From assembly GCA_020432045.1 (NCBI GenBank), contig JAGQHB010000024.1:78405-142404 (forward strand): 64,000 nt of DNA. The letters are read 5' to 3'. The first letter of the stretch is position 1; each line of letters starts with the position of its first letter. The notes beneath the pieces were generated by a model. The model searched no databases. It was not told the origin of the DNA and saw only the letters and a list, made by a program, of their open reading frames with translations. This DNA is from Dehalococcoidia bacterium. GTDB lineage: Bacteria; Chloroflexota; Dehalococcoidia; Tepidiformales; Tepidiformaceae. Below are positions 9,342 to 18,569 of the stretch, in pieces. Both the position numbers and the translations under genes were made by a program.

Positions 9342-10577
9342 TTGTTCATGCTTCTCTGCCATGCTGCGTACGCGAGTGGAGGGCCCATGCCTGCCGGTAC
9401 ACTGAGTCTCGGCTCGCGTGTTGGCACGCCTCCCACGCAACGTGAGCCGGGCAGCCGGCGAAAGGATCAGTCCGTGGCGACTCAGACGCAGTCCGCCTCG
9501 CGTGAAGCAGACGATCCGGAACTGCGGGACCGTATCCGCACGACCGTTGAGCGGAGCATGCGCCGCGGCCTCGTCGGTCTCGAATACATCACCATCGAAG
9601 ACACAGATGTCGGCCAAACCCCGAAAGAAACGGTCCTCGTAAGTTCCAGCGGCGCACACAAGCTCTACCACTACCGCGCCCAAACCGACGAGATCTATCG
9701 CGTGCCGCTTCTCTTCGTCACGTCGCTCGTGAGCAAGCCCTACATCCTCGACCTCACACCCGGCCAGAGCCTGATCGAGTACCTCGTACGACAGGGATAC
9801 GATGTCTACCTCATCGACTGGGGTATCCCACGCGCCCGCGACTCGCACCTCCGCCTCGAAGACTACGCGCTCGACTTTCTTCCCAGGTGCGTCGACACCG
9901 TCCTTGAGCGCTCTGGCGAAGACGAAGTGACGATCGCCGGGTACTGCCTCGGTGGCACGCTCGCCCTCTGCTACGCGGCCGCCCACCCGGAAGCGCCCAT
10001 CAAGAACCTTGCCTGCATCACGACTCCCGTGAATTTCCACGGCATGGGCCTCTTCTCCAGGTGGACCGACCGGCGGTACTTCGACGTCGATCGCATTGTC
10101 GACACCCTTGGCAACGTGCCCGGTGAGCTCCTCCTGTCCGCGTTCGATGGCCTCCGGCCAGCCGGCCGTATGACCAGCACCCTCCAGGCATGGGACCGCC
10201 TTCAGGAGAGCGAGTACGTCCGTACCTTCCTCCTCTTCGACCGCTGGGCCGCAGATCAGATCCCCTTCGCCGGCGAAGCCTTCCGCCAGCTGACTAAAGA
10301 GCTCATGTGGGATAACAAGCTGCTGGACGGCACCCTGGAGCTGGACGGACGCCCCATCGACATTCGCGGTCTCGACATGCCCGTGTTCCACGCCATGGCC
10401 GAACACGACCACATCGTCCCCTACGAAGCCGCCAGGCATCTCACCGGAATGCTCGCGTCGGAGGACAAAGAAGAAGTCGTTTTGCGTGGCGGACACGTCA
10501 GTCTGGTCGCAGGGGGCAACGCCCTCTATCGTTTGTGGCCAAAGTTGGATCAATGGCTATCGACCCGCTCCGTTTAA
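9342..10577 (+). CDS. phaC: Class III/IV poly(3-hydroxyalkanoate) synthase PhaC
   Basis: Sequence VPLLFVTSLVSKPYILDL...YLIDWG...lipase box GYCLGG...HDHIVP closely parallels class III PhaC. The listed start is TTG at 9342, with ATG alternatives at 9348 and 9387. Confidence 0.85.
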   Translation: MFMLLCHAAYASGGPMPAGTLSLGSRVGTPPTQREPGSRRKDQSVATQTQSASREADDPELRDRIRTTVERSMRRGLVGLEYITIEDTDVGQTPKETVLVSSSGAHKLYHYRAQTDEIYRVPLLFVTSLVSKPYILDLTPGQSLIEYLVRQGYDVYLIDWGIPRARDSHLRLEDYALDFLPRCVDTVLERSGEDEVTIAGYCLGGTLALCYAAAHPEAPIKNLACITTPVNFHGMGLFSRWTDRRYFDVDRIVDTLGNVPGELLLSAFDGLRPAGRMTSTLQAWDRLQESEYVRTFLLFDRWAADQIPFAGEAFRQLTKELMWDNKLLDGTLELDGRPIDIRGLDMPVFHAMAEHDHIVPYEAARHLTGMLASEDKEEVVLRGGHVSLVAGGNALYRLWPKLDQWLSTRSV

Positions 10578-11179
10578 TTCACGCATCGCCGGATGCACGC
10601 TATCCCGCCACTACTACCATCGGTGGTCGTCCTTTCACGCTCCGGCTCATGAACCAGGACGACGGGCCGCTCGTCATAACGTTTGGCCGCAGTCTCAGCG
10701 ACGACGATCAGCTCTACCTGCGCCGCGATATCACGCGCGTCGGCGAAGTTAACGCATGGGTCCGCCGCCTCTCGACGCAGCAGTTTCAGACGCTCCTCCT
10801 GGTTGACGAACATGGCGACATCGGCGCCTACGCGAACGTAGACCGTAGCGGTGTGCCCTGGATGCACCACGTCGCCGAACTCCGCGTCCTCGTAGGGGAA
10901 CCGCTGAGAGGTCTCGGCACCGCGCGCCTGCTCACCGAAGCAGCGTTTCGCGTCGCCCTCGAAATGGGCGTCGAAAAGATCATCGGCCAGCTCATGGTCG
11001 AACAGGTCGATGCCATCGCGGTTTTCCGTTCCCTCGGCTTCCAGCCCGAAGCCTTGCTCCGCGATCACGTCAAAGATCGCCAGGGCGGCCTCCATGACCT
11101 CGTCATCCTCAGCTGCCAGGTCGGATCACTCGGTTCGAAGTTAGAAATGTACGGTGTTACAGCCGCGCTCGCCGAATAA
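10553..11179 (+). CDS. GNAT family N-acetyltransferase
   Basis: Acetyl-CoA binding motif VGEPLRGLGTARLL, then AIAVFRSLGF. The first ATG in the frame was used; the track start at 10535 is GTG. Confidence 0.75.
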   Translation: MAIDPLRLIHASPDARYPATTTIGGRPFTLRLMNQDDGPLVITFGRSLSDDDQLYLRRDITRVGEVNAWVRRLSTQQFQTLLLVDEHGDIGAYANVDRSGVPWMHHVAELRVLVGEPLRGLGTARLLTEAAFRVALEMGVEKIIGQLMVEQVDAIAVFRSLGFQPEALLRDHVKDRQGGLHDLVILSCQVGSLGSKLEMYGVTAALAE

Positions 11180-11248
11180 CAGCCCGCCGCCACCCTGCGG
11201 CACTTCCGCCTGCTACCATCGCTCGAATCTGAATCGCGGAGCGCGAGC

Positions 11249-12175
11249 ATGCTGTTTGTGACCGGCGCCACGGGGTACCTCGGGTCTGCCCTTGTCGACC
11301 TGCTCGTCAAGGAGGGCCATGCCGTCCGTGCCATGGTGCGGACTCCCGCCAAGGCCTCCGTCCTCCCGCCCGGCGTCGAACACTTCGCCGGCGACATCTC
11401 CGATGAAGACCTCCTCGCCGAAGGCATGAAGGGCTGCGACGGCGTCTTCCACTTCGCCGCAGCGATGGGTGCATCCTGGGAGGAATCGCGCGAAGGCAAT
11501 CCCGGCGGCACCGGCCGAATACTCCGCGCCGCGCGCCGTGCCGGCGTCCAACGCGTTGTCTACACCAGCAGCAGTGCCGCGATCATTCGCCCCGACGGCC
11601 TCGTCAGCGAACAGAACGAAAACGCTACCGGCCTCGTCGATCAGTACTCCGTTACCAAGAAAGAGGCGGAGACGGTCGTCTTCGATGCGGTCCGCGATGG
11701 CCAAGATGCCAACATCGTCAATGTCGTCAACGCCTACGGCCCAAGTCCCGCCGGCCCCCAAAGCTACAACCGTCTGCTTCTCGCCGCCGCTGGCGGGCAG
11801 GTCCCAGTTGTCGTCGACGCCCAGGTTGCCTGGGTGCTGGCGGAAGACGTCGCTCGTGCCCACCTCCTCGCCTACCAACAAGGCGAAGCGGGCAAGCGCT
11901 ACGTCGCCTCTGGCGAAGTGGCGACCTTCCCGCGTGTGCTCAACGAGTTCAACCGGCTCTGGGGCGTTTCCCCCGAGATCGAGGTACTGCCGCGTGGCTC
12001 GGACATCCCAAGAGATCGCCTCTGGGGTCACGCCATCCGCTCGGAGGTCTACGGCAAACTCGGCCCCATGACGATCGACGACACAAACGCCCGTGCGCTT
12101 GGTTTCGCCCCAACAGGCATCGGTCGGGGTCTCCAGGTCACGGTCGACTGGCTCCGGAGCATTGGCGCATCCTGA
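11249..12175 (+). CDS. NAD-dependent epimerase/dehydratase family (extended SDR)
   Basis: N-terminal Rossmann motif MLFVTGATGYLGSALVDLLVKEGHAVRAMVR. Confidence 0.8.
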   Translation: MLFVTGATGYLGSALVDLLVKEGHAVRAMVRTPAKASVLPPGVEHFAGDISDEDLLAEGMKGCDGVFHFAAAMGASWEESREGNPGGTGRILRAARRAGVQRVVYTSSSAAIIRPDGLVSEQNENATGLVDQYSVTKKEAETVVFDAVRDGQDANIVNVVNAYGPSPAGPQSYNRLLLAAAGGQVPVVVDAQVAWVLAEDVARAHLLAYQQGEAGKRYVASGEVATFPRVLNEFNRLWGVSPEIEVLPRGSDIPRDRLWGHAIRSEVYGKLGPMTIDDTNARALGFAPTGIGRGLQVTVDWLRSIGAS

Positions 12176-12196
12176 CCCGTTGGACCGCGGTCCGGT

Positions 12197-12712
12197 CTAG
12201 CGCCCGCCGCCCCGGAACCGGTCGAAGAACGACGAGCGCTTACCACCGCCGCGTAGCCCGCTGAGAAACGAGCCCCACGCGGCTTCCGCGCCTGCTGCTC
12301 GTTCCAGTCCCCGAATCCGGTCTTCGATGATGTCTCGGACCCGGCCCTCTTCGCCTGAGTCCAGCCAGTACCCGTGCTCCTCGCGGCATGTATCCAGCTC
12401 CAGGTCGTATGCCCGGTAGTTGAACGCCGTCATCCGTTTGCCACAGACGGGACAGTTGATATCACTGTCCCGGTTCGAATATTGGACCATCGCACGGCGC
12501 TGACCTTTGGTTGATTCAACCGTCGCTTCCAACGCATCCAGCTCGTGATGGTCAAGCCATCTCCCGTTACAGGTCGGACAATGGTCAACCTCGATACCGT
12601 AGTGGTGCTCAACTGCAAGATCGGCTCCGTCGCGCGGACATTGCAACGCATGCCTCCTCGGGTTTGTGGGTCGGGGTCGATGAAGCGTCCACACGGAAGC
12701 CCCAGGAGCCAC
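12197..12712 (-). CDS. zf-TFIIB-type zinc-ribbon domain protein
   Basis: Two units: CPRDG...CPTCNGRWLDHHELD and CPVCGKRM...CREEHGYWLDSGE. The 5' end is uncertain. Confidence 0.7.
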   Translation of the reverse strand: MAPGASVWTLHRPRPTNPRRHALQCPRDGADLAVEHHYGIEVDHCPTCNGRWLDHHELDALEATVESTKGQRRAMVQYSNRDSDINCPVCGKRMTAFNYRAYDLELDTCREEHGYWLDSGEEGRVRDIIEDRIRGLERAAGAEAAWGSFLSGLRGGGKRSSFFDRFRGGGR

Positions 12713-12841
12713 TCTGGCCGCCTCCTTTCTAGCACATTGGCCCGTTTCATTCGGTCAGGAACGTCTTGCTGGTACGCTCGCCCAAACGATCCGGCAGAAT
12801 GGCGGGGCGCGGTTTGGGCCGCGGAAGGGGGCTGACCAGCT

Positions 12842-13780
12842 ATGCGAGGAATTGGCGTGTTTGAGTTCGGGGGGCCAGAAGTCCTCAAGATCGTCGACCT
12901 CCCAGAGGTCCACGCGGGTGCGGGCGAGGTTCGAATCCGCGTCCATGGTGCCGCCGTGAACCCGACCGACACGGGCATTCGTGACGGATCCCGCGCAGCG
13001 ATGCTTGCGAACATTCCGCCGCCCTACATCCCCGGCATGGATGCCGCGGGCGTCATCGATGAAGTTGGCGCAGGTGCCGCTGATCGCTTCAAGGTTGGCG
13101 ACGCAGTCATGGCGATGGTCATCCCTTCCGGGGCCCACGGCGCCTATCGCGAGAGCATCGTTCTCGCCGCCGATGCAGTTGCTGCAGCTCCAAAGGGAGC
13201 CAGCCATTTCGAAGCTGCAACCCTCCCCATGAACGGTCTCACCGCTCGCCTTTCACTTGACCAGCTGGCGCTCCAGCCCGGCCAGACGCTCGCTGTCACA
13301 GGTGCTGCCGGCTGTTACGGCGGTTACGTCGTCCAGCTCGCAAAAGCTGCGGGCCTTCGTGTGATTGCCGACGCGTCAAGCGCCGACGAGCAGCTCGTCC
13401 GCGACCTGGGCGCCGATATCGTCGTGCCGAGAGGCGACAACATCGCCGCAACCATCCGTGGAGTAGCTCCCGATGGTGTTGATGGCCTTGCCGACGGTGC
13501 CGTGCAGAACGAGCTCGCTGTCGGAGCGGTGCGTGATGGCGGCGGATTCGCCTCTGTCCGTGGATTCAAGGGCACCGGTGAGCGCGGGATCGCCTTCCAC
13601 GTGACGATGGTCCGTGACTATGACCATCGTGCCGACCTGCTCGACCAGCTCCGCGAGCAGGTCGAAGCCGGTCTCGTCACGCTGCGCGTCGCCGCAAGCT
13701 ATCCACCGGAACAGGCCGCCGCCGCCCACGCTCGCCTTGAAGCCGGTGGCACCCGCGGCCGCTGCGTGATCGCGCTGTAG
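12842..13780 (+). CDS. Zinc-type alcohol dehydrogenase / NADPH:quinone oxidoreductase (MDR family)
   Basis: Sequence FGGPEVLKIVDLPEVHAGAGEVRIRVHGAAVNPTD followed by the nucleotide-binding motif AVTGAAGCYGGYVVQLAK. Confidence 0.8.
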   Translation: MRGIGVFEFGGPEVLKIVDLPEVHAGAGEVRIRVHGAAVNPTDTGIRDGSRAAMLANIPPPYIPGMDAAGVIDEVGAGAADRFKVGDAVMAMVIPSGAHGAYRESIVLAADAVAAAPKGASHFEAATLPMNGLTARLSLDQLALQPGQTLAVTGAAGCYGGYVVQLAKAAGLRVIADASSADEQLVRDLGADIVVPRGDNIAATIRGVAPDGVDGLADGAVQNELAVGAVRDGGGFASVRGFKGTGERGIAFHVTMVRDYDHRADLLDQLREQVEAGLVTLRVAASYPPEQAAAAHARLEAGGTRGRCVIAL

Positions 13781-13801
13781 CTGCCTGCGAAGGCCTGCAT
13801 C

Positions 13802-14458
13802 TCAGTCCGCCGGGCACAGGCGTGTTGCGATCGGAAACGCGCCCAGCGTCAGCTCCGCCCTTCGACGGAAATTGTCCCGCGCCTCCGGCGCAGGAGTCCG
13901 TGACGTCTCCCAGGAAGCGAAGCCGTCGTACCACGTCAGCAGGAGCATCGTGCTCCGGTCTGGGGCTGGTTCGCGTTCCTTGAACAGCGCCTGTGGCTCG
14001 GCCTGGTAGGCGGCGGTGTTCTCGAACGTCGTCCACGCCTCGTTCGAAAGCGTCGCAACTTGCTCAACGTCAGGTGTGCGGACATCGAAGAATCGAAAGA
14101 CATACAGTCCGTCCCGCGTCAGGGGTGCGTCCGATTCAGGTCGCACGGTTGGGACAAACGTGTACTGCTCCATGACCTTGGCGGCTGCTGGGAGCAAGTC
14201 AGTCAGCACCCCTGCCGGGTCCGCCCCACTGTCCCACGATGTCGCCACGATCAGTTCGTTATTCCGCAATCCGAATAGCCCGAGCCACGTCCCCCACAGG
14301 CGCCCGCCGGCCTGCTCAATCGCTGGATAGACCGCCTGGCGGAGCACCTCGAGCAGCGGCTGATACCCGGCCGCCCGGTACTGGCCCCCGGGTGCAATAC
14401 GCCCCGTCCCGGCCGTGTTGCGGATCCGCGCCCAGTGAAAGGTCCGTTCTGAAGCCAT
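13802..14458 (-). CDS. NIPSNAP-like (dimeric alpha-beta barrel) family protein
   Basis: Two repeats with ferredoxin-like barrel character, e.g. LYVFRFFDVRTPDVEQVATLSNEAW...LLLTWYDGFASWE. The assignment is by eye. Confidence 0.45.
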   Translation of the reverse strand: MASERTFHWARIRNTAGTGRIAPGGQYRAAGYQPLLEVLRQAVYPAIEQAGGRLWGTWLGLFGLRNNELIVATSWDSGADPAGVLTDLLPAAAKVMEQYTFVPTVRPESDAPLTRDGLYVFRFFDVRTPDVEQVATLSNEAWTTFENTAAYQAEPQALFKEREPAPDRSTMLLLTWYDGFASWETSRTPAPEARDNFRRRAELTLGAFPIATRLCPAD

Positions 14459-14461
14459 ACC

Positions 14462-15298
14462 CTATGCTTTCGCTTCCAGGCCCGTCCGCTGGCCCCGAAG
14501 TCCTCGCAACGCCAGGTCCACTGGCCCCAGCCGTCGCACACCCTCGGGACCACGCGGTCCGCCCTGGTTTCGCATCATCACGACATAATCGCCAAACCCG
14601 GCTTCCATCCCGTTCGCATAGCCCATCAGGTCCTGCGCCTTGTTGATGGAGAGCTTCGTCATTCGCACGATCATCCGGTCATTTTCCGCGACCCGTAGGG
14701 CATAGTTCACCGTTTCCTGCTCCAGGGCTTCCGGCACGCAGACCCGGTTCACGAACCCTGCCTCCAGGGCCTGCACCGCCGTCAGGAACCGGCTCTCGAA
14801 GCACAGTTCCTTAGCTTTCTTCGGCGTGATGTCCCACGGCACCGACGGGTATTCCAGCAATGCCGGTAGGAACAGCGCGCGGTCGCTGGCGAAGACCAGG
14901 TCCATTGAAGCCGCGATCATCCACCCGCCGAAGATACAGAACCCATCGACCATCGCGATCGTCGGCTTCGGCATGTTCCGCCACTTCAGTGTGATGTCGA
15001 GGTTGTAGTGCTTGAATGCGTCGTAGAACTCGATGCCGGATTCGGGGAGCCCACGCGCTTCGCGGTCCGCGACGCTCTCTGGCGTCCCCAGGTCGTGTCC
15101 GGACGAGAAGTTCCCCCCTGCGCCCTCCAGGATCACCACCGCAACCTCGCGGTCGGCCATCGCCCGTTCCAGTGCCCCATCCAACTCGTCCAGCAGGTGG
15201 TAACTCTGTGCGTTGCGATACTTCGGGCGGTTCAGCGTGATCCGCGCGATCGCGCCCTCCGTCCGGTACAGGACGACATCCTTCTCTCGTTCGACCAT
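14462..15298 (-). CDS. Enoyl-CoA hydratase/isomerase family
   Basis: Crotonase signature ARITLNRPKYRNAQ...VVILEGAGGNFSSGHDLG. Confidence 0.85.
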   Translation of the reverse strand: MVEREKDVVLYRTEGAIARITLNRPKYRNAQSYHLLDELDGALERAMADREVAVVILEGAGGNFSSGHDLGTPESVADREARGLPESGIEFYDAFKHYNLDITLKWRNMPKPTIAMVDGFCIFGGWMIAASMDLVFASDRALFLPALLEYPSVPWDITPKKAKELCFESRFLTAVQALEAGFVNRVCVPEALEQETVNYALRVAENDRMIVRMTKLSINKAQDLMGYANGMEAGFGDYVVMMRNQGGPRGPEGVRRLGPVDLALRGLRGQRTGLEAKA

Positions 15299-15377
15299 CT
15301 GCTGTGGGCTCCTGCGATTGGTGCCCCAACTCTACGGAGATGCACGCGCTCGGGACACAGCCTCGCGCGAAGTGCGT

Positions 15378-16235
15378 TTAGCACATCAGTTCTGCCGGCG
15401 TGAGGCCATGTTTCCTGAGAACGTCCGCTGCGTACGTCACCCGGCCGGTGTTCGTCGCAGGATCGCCGTGGACCAGGAAGAGGCACGCCTCGGCCATGTT
15501 CTTCACGGGCACCCACTCATCCTTGTTTTCCTCGGTAACCAGGTTGTGGAAGAGCACGCCGGGTGTCGCAATGCTCCCCGGAGAAATCGCATTCACGGCG
15601 ACGTGGTCCTCGAACACCTCCGACGCCAGCCCTGTGCTGAATCGCTCCAGCGCCGCCTTCACCATACCGTAGACCGTCGTGTTCTTGCCTTCGCCCTGGG
15701 AAGGCCCACCTATTCCCTGCAACGGAGGATGGATCGCTCCGTGGGACGAAATGTTCAGGATCCAGCCGGACTTCCGTTCTCGCATCCCGGTAAGCACAAG
15801 CTGTGCCAGGTGGAACGGCGCGTACATCTGTACCTCCACCATCAGCTTGAACTGCTTCTCCTTGAATGCCTCGGACGGCTGCATATAACTGACCGCAGCG
15901 TTGTTTACGAGGATGTCCACCGGCCCGTAAATCCGTTCAGTTTCAGCGACGAGGTTTTCCCGCTCGTCGCTCTTTGCCAGGTCCGTGCGGACCGCTGTTG
16001 CCTCGCCCCCGGCATCACGGATCCGTTGTACGACGCTGTTGATGCTACCCGGGAGGAAGTGGTCACCGTCCTCAATGGTGCGCGCCGACACGATGACCTT
16101 TGCGCCTTCCTGCGCGAAACGAATGGCGATCGCTTCTCCGATTCCGCGCGACGCGCCCGTAACCACCGCCACCTTCCCGGTGAGGACCCCATCTCTCTTT
16201 ATCGCTTCTATCACTGCATCCTCCAAATCTGGCAT
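15378..16235 (-). CDS. Short-chain dehydrogenase/reductase
   Basis: Motifs VVTGASRGIGEAIA and catalytic YGMVK (YxxxK). Confidence 0.85.
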   Translation of the reverse strand: MPDLEDAVIEAIKRDGVLTGKVAVVTGASRGIGEAIAIRFAQEGAKVIVSARTIEDGDHFLPGSINSVVQRIRDAGGEATAVRTDLAKSDERENLVAETERIYGPVDILVNNAAVSYMQPSEAFKEKQFKLMVEVQMYAPFHLAQLVLTGMRERKSGWILNISSHGAIHPPLQGIGGPSQGEGKNTTVYGMVKAALERFSTGLASEVFEDHVAVNAISPGSIATPGVLFHNLVTEENKDEWVPVKNMAEACLFLVHGDPATNTGRVTYAADVLRKHGLTPAELMC

Positions 16236-16425
16236 CCAAGGCCATCATCGCAGGTCGCCGGAAATGCACGATCCGCCGGCGGTGTTGCTCGAACCTGGAC
16301 GGCATCCTGGGTTTTCGGCCACACCGCGCTCGTGGGCGGGCCCAAAGAGTGAACGCGTAACGCTGGGGAGTGAGTCGCTACGAGCCCCAGGTGGGCACAG
16401 AGTTTGAAAAGCCGCGGGAGAAGGG

Positions 16426-16501
16426 TGGTGGAGCTGGAGGGATTCGAACCCTCTACCTCAACACTGCCAGTGTTGCGCTCTCCCAAGTGAGCTACAGCCC
16501 C
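16426..16501 (-). tRNA. tRNA-Ala: tRNA-Ala (anticodon GGC), CCA encoded
   Basis: Minus strand reads GGGGCTGTAGCTCACTTGGGAGAGCGCAACACTGGCAGTGTTGAGGTAGAGGGTTCGAATCCCTCCAGCTCCACCA. It folds as a cloverleaf with a 7-bp acceptor stem, the G3:U70 Ala identity pair, anticodon loop CUGGCAG and a TPsiC loop GGTTCGAATCC. Confidence 0.95.
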
Positions 16502-16562
16502 TCAAACCGTTAGCGATGGTACCAGCGTCCTCCGCTCAGCGGCAATGAACGCACCGGCCGCC

Positions 16563-17525
16563 CTATTTCCGGGTGCGCGGGTCCAACGCATCCCGCAGAC
16601 CGTCCCCCAGGAACGTGAAACACAGCATCAGGATCGCCACCATTGCTGCCGGCCAGATCAGCTCGATTGAGTTCGTCTGGATATTGCCCTGGCCGGACCC
16701 GATCAGTGAACCGAGGCTCGCATCTGGTGGCGGCACACCAAGGCCGATGAAGCTCAACGCCGCCTCAGCGAAGATTGCCAGCGGGATGCCGAACGTCGTC
16801 GCAACGATAATCGCGCTCAACGTGTTCGGTAGCATGTGATAGCGGACCACCCGCCATGGGCTCGCACCGGTCGCCTGCGCGGCCAGGACGTAGTCCTGTT
16901 GCTTTATCTGCAGCATCTGCCCGCGGACGAGCCGCGCTACTGTCACCCACGCCACCAGTCCGATGGCGATGACCGTAACGAGAAACACGCCGCCGAAGCC
17001 CGGGATCTGGGGGTTTCCGTCGCCGACGATCGGCCATCCACGCCCAAACAGGACCTGGCGCATCAGGATGATCGCCAGCAGGTCCGGGAATGCATAGGCC
17101 AGGTCCGTGAACCACATCAACACGCCGTCGCCCCGCTTACCGCCGAGTGCTGCCCCCATCCCCACCGAGATGCCGATGACCAGGACGAACAGCTGTGTGA
17201 ATACACCAAGCTTTAACGAAAACAGCGTGCCCTGCATCAGCCGTGCCCAGAGGTCCCTTCCGAGGCCATCGGTGCCCAGCCAGTACGTAGAACTCGGACC
17301 GGATTTGATGCTCTGGAAGTCCGGGACGGCAGGGTCGTGATGCTGCACCGGCGTGCCAAGCTCTGAGAGCACCGCAAGTACGGCTATCACGACCAGGACG
17401 ATTCCGCTCGCCAGTGCCAGCCGGTTGCGAGCGAGCCGCTGGAACGCCTGGCCCCAGAGCCCGCGCTCCTTGGTGTGCATCGTTTGCTTCGTAAAGTCGT
17501 AGGGTTCCGCTGCCGCTTGCGCCAT
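16563..17525 (-). CDS. ABC transporter permease, DppC/OppC-type
   Basis: 320-aa polytopic protein with typical peptide/nickel permease sequence. It is the last gene of the SBP-permease-permease string. Confidence 0.9.
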   Translation of the reverse strand: MAQAAAEPYDFTKQTMHTKERGLWGQAFQRLARNRLALASGIVLVVIAVLAVLSELGTPVQHHDPAVPDFQSIKSGPSSTYWLGTDGLGRDLWARLMQGTLFSLKLGVFTQLFVLVIGISVGMGAALGGKRGDGVLMWFTDLAYAFPDLLAIILMRQVLFGRGWPIVGDGNPQIPGFGGVFLVTVIAIGLVAWVTVARLVRGQMLQIKQQDYVLAAQATGASPWRVVRYHMLPNTLSAIIVATTFGIPLAIFAEAALSFIGLGVPPPDASLGSLIGSGQGNIQTNSIELIWPAAMVAILMLCFTFLGDGLRDALDPRTRK

Positions 17526-17537
17526 CCTCGCTGCCCC

Positions 17538-18485
17538 CTACAACCGGATCCGTGGGTCGACGACCGCGTACAACAGGTCCACCACGAGGTTCATGACCGC
17601 GATCACCACCGTGAAGAATACCGTCACGCCCATGATCACTTCGTAGTCACGAATCAGCACCGATCGGACGAAGAGCTGGCCCACGCCCGGGATCCCAAAC
17701 GCGGTCTCGACGATGAACGAACCAACCACGAGGCCCGCGAAGATCGGACCCAGGATCGTCAACACGGGGATGAGCGCGTTCTTCGCCGCGTGCCGCAGCA
17801 GCACCTGCCGTTGCCGCATGCCCTTCGCCCATGCCGTCCGGATGTAGTCCTGCCGCAGCACTTCCAACATTGCCGCGCGTGTGATCCGGGCCACGAACGC
17901 CATGGAAAGGAAGCCAAGCGAGAGAGTCGGCAAGATAATTTGTTGCCAGTTCGAAAAATCGCCCCTGAACCATTGCGTGAATCCGTAGTCACTGGCGAGC
18001 ACCGTGAACCAGCCAAGCTTCACCGAAAAGATAATCTGTAAGATCGGCGCCAACACAAAGCTTGGCAGGGCCGCACCTGCCGTTGCTACAAAGACGCCAG
18101 CGTAATCGCCGGCTCCATTCTGGTTCAGTGCAGCCAGGCTCCCAAGTGTCAGCCCCACGGTTGTAGCAAAAAGAAACGTGGCGAGGCCCAGTTGAATGGA
18201 GACCTGCATCCGCTCGGTGATGATGGTCCGCACTTCGCGGTCGTTCGTTAGCGAAACGCCAAGGTCCCCGTGCGCCAGGTTCCAGATGTACTTCACGTAC
18301 CGCACGGCGAACGGGTCGTCGAGACCGTACTTCTTTTCGAGATTCTTCCGTGTCGCTTCCGAAAGAGGACGGTCACTATCGAATGGACCGCCCTCGACGG
18401 CGTTCATCAACAGAAACGTAATCGTGGCAACTGCAACTACAAGCGGAATGATTGCGAGGACGCGCCGGATTGTATAAGCGAACAT
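17538..18485 (-). CDS. ABC transporter permease, DppB/OppB-type
   Basis: N-terminus MFAYTIRRVLAIIPLVVAV and C-terminus VVDLLYAVVDPRIRL are typical of DppB/OppB. Confidence 0.9.
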   Translation of the reverse strand: MFAYTIRRVLAIIPLVVAVATITFLLMNAVEGGPFDSDRPLSEATRKNLEKKYGLDDPFAVRYVKYIWNLAHGDLGVSLTNDREVRTIITERMQVSIQLGLATFLFATTVGLTLGSLAALNQNGAGDYAGVFVATAGAALPSFVLAPILQIIFSVKLGWFTVLASDYGFTQWFRGDFSNWQQIILPTLSLGFLSMAFVARITRAAMLEVLRQDYIRTAWAKGMRQRQVLLRHAAKNALIPVLTILGPIFAGLVVGSFIVETAFGIPGVGQLFVRSVLIRDYEVIMGVTVFFTVVIAVMNLVVDLLYAVVDPRIRL

Positions 18486-18569
18486 GAGCGGCTCGTATCC
18501 CGGAACGGGAATAGGAGAGGGGAACCCGCGAGGGTCCCCCTCGATATTTTGGCCTTGAAGACCGGGAAC

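Noticed and set aside
9039-10553. 504-aa minus-strand ORF
   Set aside because: It is antisense to phaE-phaC. It has no family resemblance, and the phaC frame carries the GYCLGG lipase box.
16236-16562. tRNA-Ala flanks as an integration site for a mobile element
   Set aside because: There is no integrase, no duplicated tRNA 3' end that I could see, and the neighbours are ordinary metabolic and transport genes.
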